The notes: generated by a model from the letters alone, not told the origin. A stretch of DNA of 64,000 bases from Rhodoferax sp. (GCF_039922535.1 NZ_JBDTEM010000147.1:523-64522), one strand, 5' to 3'. Positions 7,733 through 17,992 are shown, counted from the first letter of the stretch. Made by a program: numbers and translations.

Positions 7733-9442
7733 CGCGACATTCCGCCCCGCGCCGTCTGGGCGCTGGAGCAAGCCGGGGTCCACCCCCTGCTGGCGCGCTT
7801 GTTCGCCGCCCGTGGCGTGGCCGACAAAGACGCGCTGGACGACGGCCTGGGCAAGCTGCTGTCGCCCGCCAGCATGCTGGGCACGCAAGCCGCCGCCGTG
7901 CTGCTGGCCGACGCCATTGCCGCCGACAAAAAGCTCTGCATCGTGGCCGACTACGACTGCGACGGTGCCACCGCCTGCGCCGTCGGCCTGCGCGGCCTGC
8001 GCCTGCTGGGCGCCAAGCACGCCGACTACATCGTGCCCGACCGCGTGACCGACGGCTACGGCCTGACGCCCAGCATCGCCCGCCGCGTGAAAGACAGCGG
8101 CGCCGACATGCTGGTCACCGTGGACAACGGCATCGCCAGCCTGGAAGGCGTGGCCGAGGCCAAGGCCCTGGGCTTGCAGGTGCTGGTAACCGACCACCAT
8201 TTGCCGGCACTGAAAGACGGCCAGATCGTGCTGCCGGATGCCGACGTGCTAGTGAACCCCAACCAGCCGGGCTGCGGCTTCGAGAGCAAATCGATTGCCG
8301 GTGTTGGAGTCATGTTCTACGTGCTGCTGGCATTGCGTGCCGAGCTGCGCAGCAGGGGTGTATTCACGGCAGAGAACCAGCCCAAGTTGGACCCGCTGCT
8401 GACGCTCGTTGCCCTGGGCACCGTGGCCGATGTGGTTAAGCTGGATGCGAACAACCGCCGCCTTGTAGCCCAAGGGTTAAAACGGCTTCGCGCGCAGGCG
8501 CAACCTGCGGGACTAGCTGCGTTATTTGTAGCAGCCGGGCGCCAGGCCAAGGTCGCCACGACCTTCGATTTCGGCTTTGCCCTCGGCCCGCGCATCAATG
8601 CCGCAGGCCGCCTGGCCGACATGACGCTGGGGATAGAGTGCCTGCTGACCGACGACCCGGCGCGCGCTACCGAATTGGCCACCACCCTGGACAAAATCAA
8701 CCGCGAACGCCGCGAGATCGAAGGCGGCATGCGCGACCAGGCGATGCTGGTGGCCGAGTCGCTGTTCGACGAATCCGAGGAGCCGCCGCCAGCGGTCTGC
8801 GTGTTCGACCCGGACTTCCACGAAGGCGTGGTCGGCATCGTCGCCAGCCGCCTGAAAGACAAGCTGCACCGCCCCATCTTCGTCTTCGCTGCCAGCAAGG
8901 CGCCGGGCAAAGAGCATGAACTCAAGGGCTCGGGCCGCTCCATCCCCGGCTTCCATCTGCGCGACGCACTCGACCTGGTGGCCAAGCGCCACCCTGGCGT
9001 GCTGCTGCGCTTTGGCGGCCACGCCATGGCAGCGGGCTGCACCGTGCATGAAGACAACTTTGCGCAGTTTGAACAGGGCCTGCAACAGGTGGCGCTGGAA
9101 TGGCTGGACGCCGCCACGCTGACGCGCCGCCTGGAGACCGACGGCCCGCTGGCACCCGAATACCGCCGCGCCGAGCTGGTCGATGTGCTGCACAAAGAGG
9201 TCTGGGGCCAGGGCTTTGCGCCACCCACGTTCAGCGAAGAAGTCGAAGTGGTGTCGCAGCGCCTGGTGGGCGAAAAGCATTTGTCGCTGAAACTCAAGCA
9301 CCAGGGCCAGCCGGTGGACGGCATCTGGTTTGGCCACACCGAGAGCTTGCCGCCCCGGGTCACGCTGGCGTTTCGGCTGGATGTGAACGAGTGGCAGGGC
9401 CAGCGGCGCGTGCAGTTTCTGGTGGAAGCCGCAGAGGAATAA
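7718..9442 (+). CDS. recJ: Single-stranded-DNA-specific exonuclease RecJ
   Basis: DYDCDG, TVDNG, TDHH, GPRINAAGRL and GSGRS...FGGHAMAAG motifs. Confidence 0.97.
   Translation: MKITARDIPPRAVWALEQAGVHPLLARLFAARGVADKDALDDGLGKLLSPASMLGTQAAAVLLADAIAADKKLCIVADYDCDGATACAVGLRGLRLLGAKHADYIVPDRVTDGYGLTPSIARRVKDSGADMLVTVDNGIASLEGVAEAKALGLQVLVTDHHLPALKDGQIVLPDADVLVNPNQPGCGFESKSIAGVGVMFYVLLALRAELRSRGVFTAENQPKLDPLLTLVALGTVADVVKLDANNRRLVAQGLKRLRAQAQPAGLAALFVAAGRQAKVATTFDFGFALGPRINAAGRLADMTLGIECLLTDDPARATELATTLDKINRERREIEGGMRDQAMLVAESLFDESEEPPPAVCVFDPDFHEGVVGIVASRLKDKLHRPIFVFAASKAPGKEHELKGSGRSIPGFHLRDALDLVAKRHPGVLLRFGGHAMAAGCTVHEDNFAQFEQGLQQVALEWLDAATLTRRLETDGPLAPEYRRAELVDVLHKEVWGQGFAPPTFSEEVEVVSQRLVGEKHLSLKLKHQGQPVDGIWFGHTESLPPRVTLAFRLDVNEWQGQRRVQFLVEAAEE
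8479..8532 (+). repeat. Degenerate repeat-like segment inside recJ
   Basis: 32/54 ungapped identity to the copy at 39310-39363, in a patch of rare codons (TTA, CTA, GTA, CTT). Confidence 0.45.
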
Positions 9443-9553
9443 GAAGCTGTTGTTCTGAGGCTGGCGTCTTTGGCTAAGCCAAAGCTTGGGCGCACAAAAA
9501 TGTGCGGCATGGACGATTCGCTCCATGCACCAACCACAGACCCAAGGAACACC

Positions 9554-10015
9554 ATGCAACTCCGTCAATTATTTATGTGCGCAGGGCTTGCCTGCGCCGT
9601 CTTGTCCAGCGGCTGCACGTCGATCATGAGCGAAGTCATAGCTGCCAAACAAAATGGCAGCGAAGGCCTGGCGGTGGAATACCCGGTCACGGAAAACCAG
9701 GCCTGGGACATCGCCAAAACCGTGCTGCGTGAAGCCGGTGCGCAGGCCATAGAAGAGCACCGCGCCGAAAACTACATGCTGACCACCAGCCCCAACACCC
9801 TCGGTGTATCCGGCGCGCTGGTGGGTGTGTGGATCAGCAAGGGCGGCGTGTCTACAAGCACGGTGACGGTGATCACCAAACGCCAGATCAAATCCGCCCT
9901 GTTCGTTGCGCCTACCGAAGCCAAACTGCAAAGCCAGTTTGCACAAGCGGTTGCGCAACTGCACAAGAACGTCACCTACATGCTGGTGCCGCCCGACGCA
10001 AAACCCCAAAGCTGA
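9554..10015 (+). CDS. Hypothetical lipoprotein
   Basis: GGAAC RBS, hydrophobic signal and lipobox LSSG-C; no family recognised. Confidence 0.7.
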   Translation: MQLRQLFMCAGLACAVLSSGCTSIMSEVIAAKQNGSEGLAVEYPVTENQAWDIAKTVLREAGAQAIEEHRAENYMLTTSPNTLGVSGALVGVWISKGGVSTSTVTVITKRQIKSALFVAPTEAKLQSQFAQAVAQLHKNVTYMLVPPDAKPQS

Positions 10016-10043
10016 CACGCCCCAGCTCTCGCACAATAACGCC

Positions 10044-10700
10044 ATGCATATTCTGTTGATCGAGGACGATCTGGACCTGGGCCGGGCGCTGCACTCCAGC
10101 TTGCAGCTGGAAGGCTTCAGCGTGCAGTGGCTGCGCCGTGCCGCCGACGCACCGCACCAGCTGGACGATGGCGTGCTGGGCTGCGTACTGCTGGATTTAT
10201 CCCTGCCCGACGGTGATGGCATGGCCCTTCTGGCCCGCTGGCGAAAACAAGGCCATGTGACGCCCGTGATCGTCATCACCGCACGCGCGGCCTTGCCCGA
10301 CCGGCTGAACGGGCTGGACAACGGTGCCGATGATTTTCTGGTCAAACCCTTCGCCATCTCTGAACTCGTGGCCCGCATCCGTGCCGTGCTGCGCCGCTAT
10401 GCCAAGCAGGCCAGCGAGGTCTGGACCATCGGTGGGTTGTCGCTGGAGCCCAAGCGCCACCTCTGCAGCCTGCATGGCGAAGCGCTGGACTTGTCGCCAC
10501 GCGAATTCCAGCTGCTGCTGGAACTGGCGCGCGAGCCGGGCGTGGTCATCGCCAAAGGCCAGCTGGCCCAACGCCTGGAGCCACTCGGCGACGCCGTGGA
10601 ATTCAGCGCGCTGGAGGTGCATATGTCCAACCTGCGCCGCAAGATTGGCGCCGAGCGCATCCGCACGGTGCGCGGCGTTGGCTACCTGCTGGAGGCTTAG
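10044..10700 (+). CDS. OmpR/QseB-like response regulator
   Basis: MHILLIEDD, LLDLSLPDGDG, GADDFLVKPF and winged-helix C-terminus IRTVRGVGY. Confidence 0.93.
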   Translation: MHILLIEDDLDLGRALHSSLQLEGFSVQWLRRAADAPHQLDDGVLGCVLLDLSLPDGDGMALLARWRKQGHVTPVIVITARAALPDRLNGLDNGADDFLVKPFAISELVARIRAVLRRYAKQASEVWTIGGLSLEPKRHLCSLHGEALDLSPREFQLLLELAREPGVVIAKGQLAQRLEPLGDAVEFSALEVHMSNLRRKIGAERIRTVRGVGYLLEA

Positions 10701-10701
10701 G

Positions 10702-12081
10702 ATGCCAAGCTGGCATTGGCGCAAAACCCTGGTGGCACGCGTCGTGGCCGTGGTCGTGCTGGCCGTCGCGCTGGCCGGTGTAGCCGTCGCGCTGCTGAAC
10801 TACTGGCAGTTCAAGCAGGCGATGGCCACGGAATCGGGGCTGCAGCACCTGGGCCGCTACCTGACTCCAGCATTGGCAGACATCCGCAACCCGCAAGATG
10901 CCATCACCACGGTGGTGGCGCTGGAGAGCGTAGTGAATGCATCCCGGCGCGAAGCTGCAGCACAGGGTTTGACTCTGGCCCCCTGCCTTTTTCAGCTGCG
11001 GGACGATAAAAACCAGCTGCTGTACTCCAGTGCCCAGCTCGGCCCCCAGACGCTGTTAGCCCTTGGCCCAAAGGTGAGCGAACAGACTATTGCCGGGAAA
11101 CTCTACCGGGTGGTGCAAACCGATCTGCCACGCTGGTCGGTACGCATCGCAGAGCCCAAGCTTGCAGACACCACGGTATTGCAGGTCATCGCGAACGACC
11201 TGCTGCCCGCACTGCTGCTGGCATTACCGGTCGCTCTACTTCCCATCTGGCTGGCCGTGCGCCAGGGGCTCAAGCCGCTGCAACGCTTGTCCACACAACT
11301 GCAGGCGCGCTCGCCCAACGATTTGTGCGCCGTGAGCTCGGATTTGAAATATGCCGAGCTCAACGCCGTTGCCAATGCATTCAACGCCGTGCTCGGGCAG
11401 TTGCGCGACAAGATGCAACGCGAGCATGCGTTTGTGCAAGATGCCGCCCACGAGCTGCGCACCCCCATGGCCGTCATCAGCGCCCAGGCGCATCTGCTGG
11501 TCCAGGCGGCCACCGACCCACAACGCCAGCAGGCCCAGGCCGGGCTGGAGCAGGCGATCCAGCGCGCCTCGCACCTGGCCCACCAGTTGCTGGCCCTGGC
11601 CGCTCTGGACCAGCCCGGCCCCACACCTGCGCAACGCACCGACGTGGCCGCCCTGCTGCGCAACACACTGGCCGCGCTGGCCCCTGCCGCCATGGCGCGG
11701 AATATGGACATCTCGCTGGAGGCCCCCGACCAGCTTTTCTGCACGCTGGATGCCGCAGCCCTGCAATCCATCGTGCAAAACCTACTGGACAATGCCGTGC
11801 GCTACGGGCACGACGGCGGGCGCATAGCGATGAGCCTACATGCCGACGGCGACGGCCGGCAGCTGCGGCTGCAGGTGGCCGATGACGGCCCGGGCATCCC
11901 CGACGCCGAGCAGGCACACATCTTTGAGCGCTTTGTGCGTGGCAGCCAGCAGCAGGCCGCCGGCTCCGGCCTAGGGCTAGCCATCGCGCGGCAGGCCGCC
12001 CTGGCGCTGCACGGTCAGATCACGCTGGGGCCCGGGCTGGACGGCAACGGGGCCACATTTACGCTCACCGCCCGCATCTAG
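10702..12081 (+). CDS. QseC-like sensor histidine kinase
   Basis: Two TM segments; H-box DAAHELRTP; NLLDNAVRY, DDGPGI, FERF and GSGLGLAI boxes. Confidence 0.93.
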   Translation: MPSWHWRKTLVARVVAVVVLAVALAGVAVALLNYWQFKQAMATESGLQHLGRYLTPALADIRNPQDAITTVVALESVVNASRREAAAQGLTLAPCLFQLRDDKNQLLYSSAQLGPQTLLALGPKVSEQTIAGKLYRVVQTDLPRWSVRIAEPKLADTTVLQVIANDLLPALLLALPVALLPIWLAVRQGLKPLQRLSTQLQARSPNDLCAVSSDLKYAELNAVANAFNAVLGQLRDKMQREHAFVQDAAHELRTPMAVISAQAHLLVQAATDPQRQQAQAGLEQAIQRASHLAHQLLALAALDQPGPTPAQRTDVAALLRNTLAALAPAAMARNMDISLEAPDQLFCTLDAAALQSIVQNLLDNAVRYGHDGGRIAMSLHADGDGRQLRLQVADDGPGIPDAEQAHIFERFVRGSQQQAAGSGLGLAIARQAALALHGQITLGPGLDGNGATFTLTARI

Positions 12082-12099
12082 AACTAGCTGCGAGCGGAG

Positions 12100-13242
12100 T
12101 TACTTGGCCTGCATGGCGGGCAGTATCTGCACCACCTGCTGCTTGCCTTGGTCCACGCGGATCAGAAAGCTCTCGCGGTCCAGGTCGCCGTTGTTGTCGA
12201 AGGCCACGTCCATCAGCACGCCGGGGTTTTGCGCGGCAAAAATCTTGGCACCGTGCAGCGACTCGGCCAGCAGCTTGCTGTCGAACTTGCCGAGCTTTTC
12301 GGTCATGGCCTTGACCACGTAGACGCTGATGTAGCCCTTCATGCCGTTGTGCTCGCTCTTGTACTTGTACTCCGCCTGGAAGCGGGCATCAAAGGCCTTG
12401 ATGCGCGGCTCCGGCGCGTCCACGGTCAGGCCCACGTGGCCCAGCATGCCGTTGGCCGCCTCACCTGCCAGCTCAATGGTCTTTTGGCTCACAGCGGTAG
12501 TCTCGCCCACGATGGGCTTGGCATAGCCCTGCTTGCGCAATTCGCGCAGCGCGCGGGCCGACTCTTCCTCTAGCGTGTACAGAAACAGCGCGTCGGCACC
12601 CGACTGCTTGACCTTCAGCACGGCGACCGAGAAGTCGATCTGCTGCGGGTCGGTGGGCACGTCCACCGCCACCTTGATGCCCTGCGCCTCCAGCGCCTTC
12701 AGCATCGCGTCGTGGCCGCCCTTGCCGTAGTCGTTGTTGGTGTAGACCACGGCCACGCTGCTGGCCTTTACCGTGTCTTTGATGTAGCGGGCCACCTTGG
12801 GCATGGAGATTAGTTGGGTGAACGACGAGCGGAATACGTACGGGTTGCCCTGCTGGGTGATGCCCGCCGCTTCGCCGCCGGTGAAGTTGGTCACCGCCGC
12901 GCGCTGGGTCTCCGACATGGTCACCAGCATGGAGCCGGAATGCACCGGGCCGAGCACCACGTAGGCACCGCCGTCAATCGCCTTTTGCGCCAGCGCCTTG
13001 GCCACGGCGGGGTTGGTTTGCGAGTCGGCGGGCTGGTAGTCGATCTGGCGCCCGAGGATGCCGCCAGCGGCGTTGATTTCCTTCACCGCCAGCTTCACGC
13101 CGTTGTTGAAATTGGTGCCCGGCGTAGCGCCGCTGCCTGACAGCTCCATGATGCCCGCGAACTTGACGGGGGTGGTTTGGGCCGTGGCGGCGCAGGCGGC
13201 GCTGACCAGCAGAGCGGTGAGTGCGTGGTGGATGGTTTTCAT
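12100..13242 (-). CDS. Leu/Ile/Val-binding-protein-family ABC substrate-binding protein (no cognate permeases adjacent)
   Basis: Signal peptide, ELSGSGA, EINAAGGILGRQI, NDYGKGG. Start MKTIHH at 13242 with GAGGAG RBS. Confidence 0.88.
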   Translation of the reverse strand: MKTIHHALTALLVSAACAATAQTTPVKFAGIMELSGSGATPGTNFNNGVKLAVKEINAAGGILGRQIDYQPADSQTNPAVAKALAQKAIDGGAYVVLGPVHSGSMLVTMSETQRAAVTNFTGGEAAGITQQGNPYVFRSSFTQLISMPKVARYIKDTVKASSVAVVYTNNDYGKGGHDAMLKALEAQGIKVAVDVPTDPQQIDFSVAVLKVKQSGADALFLYTLEEESARALRELRKQGYAKPIVGETTAVSQKTIELAGEAANGMLGHVGLTVDAPEPRIKAFDARFQAEYKYKSEHNGMKGYISVYVVKAMTEKLGKFDSKLLAESLHGAKIFAAQNPGVLMDVAFDNNGDLDRESFLIRVDQGKQQVVQILPAMQAK

Positions 13243-13277
13243 GGTTTTTGTCTCCTCGGTCGAATAGAAATGAACAG

Positions 13278-13721
13278 TTACTGCGCGGCCAATGCATCGG
13301 CCACGGCGCGCACGGCCAGCAGGTAGCCGCCCACGCCCAGTCCGCAAATCACGCCCTGCGCCACCAGCGACACCAGCGAGTGCTGGTACTGCGCCGTGCG
13401 CTGGTGGATGTTGGAGATGTGCACCTCGATCAATGGCTTGCGCAGCAGCTTCAGCGCGTCCAGCACCGGGATGGAATGGAACGAAAAACCGGCCGGGTTG
13501 ATGACGACGGCGGCATCTTTCTCGTACGCCTCCTGGATCCAGTCGACCAGCACGCCCTCGTGGTTGGTCTGGCGGAAATCGCAGTCCAGGCCCAGCTTGG
13601 CGGCCAGGTCGACGGTGCGGGTTTGTACCTCGGCCAGGGTGGTGGTGCCGTACAGGTGCGGCTCGCGCTTGCCCAGCATGTTGAGGTTGGAGCCGTTGAG
13701 AATAAACAGGGGATGGGCCAT
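13278..13721 (-). CDS. aroQ: Type II 3-dehydroquinate dehydratase (divergent, probably catabolic paralog)
   Basis: LNGSNLNMLGKREPHLYG, QTNHEG, INPAG and EVHISNIHQR. Confidence 0.85.
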   Translation of the reverse strand: MAHPLFILNGSNLNMLGKREPHLYGTTTLAEVQTRTVDLAAKLGLDCDFRQTNHEGVLVDWIQEAYEKDAAVVINPAGFSFHSIPVLDALKLLRKPLIEVHISNIHQRTAQYQHSLVSLVAQGVICGLGVGGYLLAVRAVADALAAQ

Positions 13722-13828
13722 ACAGGGTTTCCTTGCAAAAAGTGGTGTGCGTGGACGGCCATTGGAATAGGCTTGCGTCAAGCCGCATCTTCGAACCAGC
13801 GGAAACCCGGCGTTCTAAACCGGAATCT

Positions 13829-13846
13829 ATTTCTACAATATGAAAT
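13829..13846. promoter_or_regulatory. Possible IclR operator (short inverted repeat)
   Basis: ATTTC-TACAATAT-GAAAT in the AT-rich divergent aroQ/IclR intergenic region. Confidence 0.3.
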
Positions 13847-13861
13847 TTTGTAACCCAACCT

Positions 13862-14656
13862 ATGACCGCTGCACTTGACCGGGGACTAGACCTGCTGGAA
13901 CACCTCGCCAGCCATCCCGAAGGCTTGCCTCTGGCGCTGATTGCCGACTCGGCGAACATGCCCAAGAGCAGCTGCCACCGGGTGCTGCTGGCGCTGGTGG
14001 CGCGCGGCTACGTGAAGCAGCTGCACGCCCAGGGCGACTACGTGCTGACTACCAAGGTGGCGGCGCTGGGGCTGGGGTTTCTGAGTGGCTCCGGCATCGT
14101 CGACATCGCCCAGCCCTTGATTGAGCGCCTGGCCGAGGCCTCGGGCGAGTTGGCACGCCTGTCCATCGTGGACGAAGACCGCCTGACCTGGGTGGCCAAG
14201 GCCGAGGGTGGGCGCAAGGGCTTCCGCTACGACCCCGACATGGGCATGGATGCCCGCCTGTCCTGCACCTCGTCTGGCCACGCCTGGATGCTGACCCTGA
14301 GCGACGAGCGCGCGGTGGCGCTGGTGTCCAAGCAGGGCTTTGGCTTGCCGAAGGAATACGGCCCCAAAGCCCCCACCACGGTGAAGGCGCTGCTGGGCTT
14401 TTTACATGCAGCCCGGGTGCGCGGCTACGCGATGATCGACGAGGTGTTTGCCCCCGGCATGGCGGCGGTGGCCGCACCGGTACAGCGCCGGGGACGGCCT
14501 GCAATGGCAGTGATCAGCATCGCCGGGCCGCGGCAAAGGTTGACCACCGCGCGCATCCAGGCGCTGGCTCCCGCGCTGCTGGCAGCCACCGAAGAACTGG
14601 CGGCGGAGAGCAGTGCCTCGGGTTTATTCTCGAAAACTCCGCTAGGCAAAGGCTGA
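13862..14656 (+). CDS. IclR family transcriptional regulator
   Basis: LDRGLDLLEHL HTH, PKSSCHRVL, and CTSSGHAWM effector domain. Confidence 0.92.
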   Translation: MTAALDRGLDLLEHLASHPEGLPLALIADSANMPKSSCHRVLLALVARGYVKQLHAQGDYVLTTKVAALGLGFLSGSGIVDIAQPLIERLAEASGELARLSIVDEDRLTWVAKAEGGRKGFRYDPDMGMDARLSCTSSGHAWMLTLSDERAVALVSKQGFGLPKEYGPKAPTTVKALLGFLHAARVRGYAMIDEVFAPGMAAVAAPVQRRGRPAMAVISIAGPRQRLTTARIQALAPALLAATEELAAESSASGLFSKTPLGKG

Positions 14657-14663
14657 ACCAGAT

Positions 14664-14727
14664 TTACAAGCTTTTTAGGCTTCCAGCGCAGGTGGCACCT
14701 GCACTGGAAGCTATTAAATAAATAGCA
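14664..14727 (+). repeat. Repeat copy between convergent IclR and MCP genes
   Basis: TTACAAGCTTTTTAGGCTTCCAGCGCAGGTGGCACCTGCACTGGAAGCTATTAAATAAATAGCA. Confidence 0.85.
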
Positions 14728-14734
14728 TCTGGCT

Positions 14735-16558
14735 TTAGAAGCTTTCCCAGTCGCCCTCACCGCCTTGGGGCGCTGCAGGCCGCGCCAACGCGGGCTTGGC
14801 GGTGATGGCCACCGGGCGGCGCTGCGCTGGTACAGGCTTGGCAGGCTGTGGGGTACGGGCCAGGGCTTTCACCGGGGGCTTGGACTGGTGTTGGATGGCG
14901 GGTTTGCTGGGCAAGGCCTTTGCCACGGGCGGCCTGGCCGCGATGGCCGGGCGCATGGGCGCGGCGATGGTGCGCGGCACGGGAGCCGCTAACCGGTGTG
15001 TGTGGGCCGTGTGGCCGCCAACGTTGAACACCGACACCACTTCGGCCAGGCGTTGGGACTGGTCGCGCAGACCGGTAGCGGCAGCGGCAGATTGCTCGAC
15101 CAGGGCGGCGTTTTGCTGGGTCATCTGGTCCAGGTGGTTCACCGCCTGGTTGACCTGCGCAATGCCGTCGCGCTGCTCAGAGGATGCGGCGCTGATCTCG
15201 CCAATCAGGTCGCTGACGCGGCTCACGCTGCTGACGATTTCGCCCATGGTTTCACCCGCCTGGGTGACCTGCTGGGTACCCGCTTCGACGGTTTGCACCG
15301 AGGCACCGATCAGGGTCTTGATCTCTTTGGCGGCATCGGCGCTGCGCTGCGCCAGGCTGCGCACTTCGCTGGCCACCACGGCAAAACCCCGACCCTGTTC
15401 ACCGGCCCGTGCGGCTTCCACCGCGGCATTCAACGCCAAGATATTGGTTTGAAACGCAATGCCGTCGATGGTGCCGATGATGTCGGCGATGCGCTTGGAC
15501 GAGGTGCTGATGTGCTGCATGGTGGTAATCACCTGCGCCACCACTTCGCCGCCGCGGGTGGCGGCCTGGGCGGCGGTGGAGGCCAACTGGTTGGCCTGGC
15601 GGGCGGTGTCCGCAGCTTGGGACACGGTACTGGTCAGCTCTTCCATGCTGGCGGCGGCCTGCTGCAAATTGGACGCGGTTTGCTCGGTCCGCGCCGACAG
15701 GTCGTTGTTGCCGATTGCAATTTCATTGGAGGCGGTGGACACCGAATCCACACCGGTGCGCACCTCGGCGACCACGCCGCGCAACTTGGCGACCATGCCA
15801 CCCAGCGAGCGCAGCAAATGGCCGAATTCGTCTTTGCGTGGGTCCTGGATGTCCAGCGTCAGATCGCCCGCCGCGATGGCATCGGTGACGGCCACCGCAC
15901 GCTCCAGCGGCAGGGTGATGGAGCGCACCAACCACTGCGACAGCAGCACGCCCAACGCAAACACCAGCACCACGCTGACCAAGGCCACCACCGCCACGTG
16001 GCTGCCGGCATCTTGCGCAGCCAGCTTGGCGGCATCGCGCTGCTGGACCTGCAGGGCCAGGTATTTGTCGATCGCGTCCAGGTACACCACGGCGCGGGGC
16101 TTGTAGTCTTTGTCCATGAAGGCCTGGCTGGCCTCGGCATCGTGGGCCTCCTTCAACTGGTTGACCTTGTCGCTCAGGCCGCGGATGTCGGCGCGGGTGC
16201 TGGTGATCAGGTCCAGGGCCGCCTTGTCCGCTGGTGCGGTGGCGGCTTTGTTCATACGCTCCTGGATCGGATTGATCTTGGCGGTGAGCTCGGCTGCGCG
16301 TTCCTGGAACACCTTGGCCTGGGCCTCGTCGTTGGTGAGCACGCCGTAGATGTTCATGCTGACCGCCATCTCCACCATGCCGCGCCAGCCGGTGACGGTG
16401 GTGATGGCATCCTCGTACTGCGCCACCTGGCTCTCGGTGGCATCGGCCACCTGGCGGGTGCGCAGCTGGGTCCACAACGTGACCAGCAACATCGCCAGCA
16501 GCAAACCCAAAATCGTGCCCCACAGCTTGTGGGACACGCGCATATCATTGAATTTCAT
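14735..16558 (-). CDS. Methyl-accepting chemotaxis protein (4HB sensor, HAMP, Pro-rich tail, GDWESF pentapeptide)
   Basis: [41 protein letters not shown] hairpin and C-terminal DWESF. Confidence 0.96.
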   Translation of the reverse strand: MKFNDMRVSHKLWGTILGLLLAMLLVTLWTQLRTRQVADATESQVAQYEDAITTVTGWRGMVEMAVSMNIYGVLTNDEAQAKVFQERAAELTAKINPIQERMNKAATAPADKAALDLITSTRADIRGLSDKVNQLKEAHDAEASQAFMDKDYKPRAVVYLDAIDKYLALQVQQRDAAKLAAQDAGSHVAVVALVSVVLVFALGVLLSQWLVRSITLPLERAVAVTDAIAAGDLTLDIQDPRKDEFGHLLRSLGGMVAKLRGVVAEVRTGVDSVSTASNEIAIGNNDLSARTEQTASNLQQAAASMEELTSTVSQAADTARQANQLASTAAQAATRGGEVVAQVITTMQHISTSSKRIADIIGTIDGIAFQTNILALNAAVEAARAGEQGRGFAVVASEVRSLAQRSADAAKEIKTLIGASVQTVEAGTQQVTQAGETMGEIVSSVSRVSDLIGEISAASSEQRDGIAQVNQAVNHLDQMTQQNAALVEQSAAAATGLRDQSQRLAEVVSVFNVGGHTAHTHRLAAPVPRTIAAPMRPAIAARPPVAKALPSKPAIQHQSKPPVKALARTPQPAKPVPAQRRPVAITAKPALARPAAPQGGEGDWESF

Positions 16559-16660
16559 GGTGTGTCTCTTGGTTCATCACGGATATCTTTGGCCAGAGGC
16601 GGCCAAAAAGTAACCGAATGCTACATCCAAACACCACCGTGCCCGCAGCGGGCACAGCAT

Positions 16661-17992
16661 TCAATGCAACTTGACGTGCGATTCGGTGCGCCTGGTAATG
16701 GCGCGTGTCAGGGTTTCCAGCGTGACCTTGGTGACACCGTGCAGGGCCAGTTCGTGCATTTTGTAGAGCGAGGTGTACATCACCCGCGCCACCAGCCCGT
16801 CGATGAACAGGCTGCCTTCCATGATCCCGCCCATGAGACTGCCTACGGCGCTGTAGTCGCCCAGCGACACCAGCGAGCCGAAGTCGCGGTAGCGGTAGGG
16901 CTCCAGCGGCTTGCCGTCCAAGCGGCGCTTGATTTGCTTGACCAGATGCGATGCCTGCTGGTTGGCGGCCTGGGCGCGTGGTGGCACAAAGCCGTTTTTC
17001 TCCGGCCAGGGGCAGGCAGAGCAGTCGCCCAGGGCAAAAATATTGTCGTCGCGCGTGGTCAGCAGGTTTTGGTGCACCGCCAACTGGTTGATGCGGTTGG
17101 TTTCCAGGCCGTCGATGTCTTTCAAAAAGCCCGGTGCCTTGATGCCCGCCGCCCAGACCACCAGCTCGGCCGGAATGACCTCGCCACTGGCGAGTTGTAC
17201 GCTGTCAGCTCCCACGCCCGACACGCGGGCCGAGGTGTGCACCTTTATGCCCAGGCTGTCGAGCAGGTCGTGGGCCCCTTTGGACAGGCGCGGCGACAAC
17301 GCGGGCAGGATGCGGTCAGCGGCCTCGATCAAATGCAGCTTGATATCGCGCTCGGGGTCGATGCGGTCCAGGCCAAAGGCCACAACTTCGCGGGTAGTGC
17401 GGTGCAGCTGGGCCACCAGTTCCACCCCGGTGGCACCCGCGCCAATCACCGCCACCTGCAACTGCTCCGGCTGGAGCGGACCGGTCTGCGCATGGGCGCG
17501 CATGCAGGCATCCAGCATACGGCGGTGGAAGCGCTCGGCATCGGCCAGGGTCTCTAGTTTCAGCGCATGCTGGTCCACGCCGGGCGTACCGAAGTCGTTG
17601 CTGCGGCTGCCCACGGCAATTACCAAGGTGTCGTAGGAAAAACTTTGCTGGCTGGTCACAGCCACTCCATCTTCGTCGATGAACGGTGCCACATGCACCA
17701 GCTTGTTGGCGCGGTCTAGGCCGTTCATCTCGCCCAGCCGGTAGTGGAAATGGTGCCAGTGCGCCTGCGCCAGATAGTTGAGCTCGTGGCGGCCTACGTC
17801 CATGCTGCCTGCAGCGATTTCATGCAGCTTGGGCTTCCAGATGTGGGTGCGGGCCTTGTCGATCAGGGTGATGCCCGCCAAGCCCTTGCGGCCCAGAGAA
17901 TTACCCAAGCCGGTGGCCAGCACCAGGCCCGCGGCCCCACCTCCAACGATGACGATGCGGTGGGCCGAGGGGTTGGGTGTGGGGGTGCGCAT
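16661..17992 (-). CDS. ndh: Type II NADH:quinone oxidoreductase
   Basis: IVIVGGGAAG, WKPKLHEIAAG, VIGAGATGVEL, FALGDC and PPRAQAA motifs. Confidence 0.9.
   Translation of the reverse strand: MRTPTPNPSAHRIVIVGGGAAGLVLATGLGNSLGRKGLAGITLIDKARTHIWKPKLHEIAAGSMDVGRHELNYLAQAHWHHFHYRLGEMNGLDRANKLVHVAPFIDEDGVAVTSQQSFSYDTLVIAVGSRSNDFGTPGVDQHALKLETLADAERFHRRMLDACMRAHAQTGPLQPEQLQVAVIGAGATGVELVAQLHRTTREVVAFGLDRIDPERDIKLHLIEAADRILPALSPRLSKGAHDLLDSLGIKVHTSARVSGVGADSVQLASGEVIPAELVVWAAGIKAPGFLKDIDGLETNRINQLAVHQNLLTTRDDNIFALGDCSACPWPEKNGFVPPRAQAANQQASHLVKQIKRRLDGKPLEPYRYRDFGSLVSLGDYSAVGSLMGGIMEGSLFIDGLVARVMYTSLYKMHELALHGVTKVTLETLTRAITRRTESHVKLH

Noticed and set aside
14996-17557. 853-aa plus-strand ORF (and similar long ORFs at 49857-51512, 61335-62918 and 42015-43550)
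   Set aside because: Antisense shadows of real GC-rich genes (MCP/ndh, asnB-like, gltD, argH), with no recognisable motifs.
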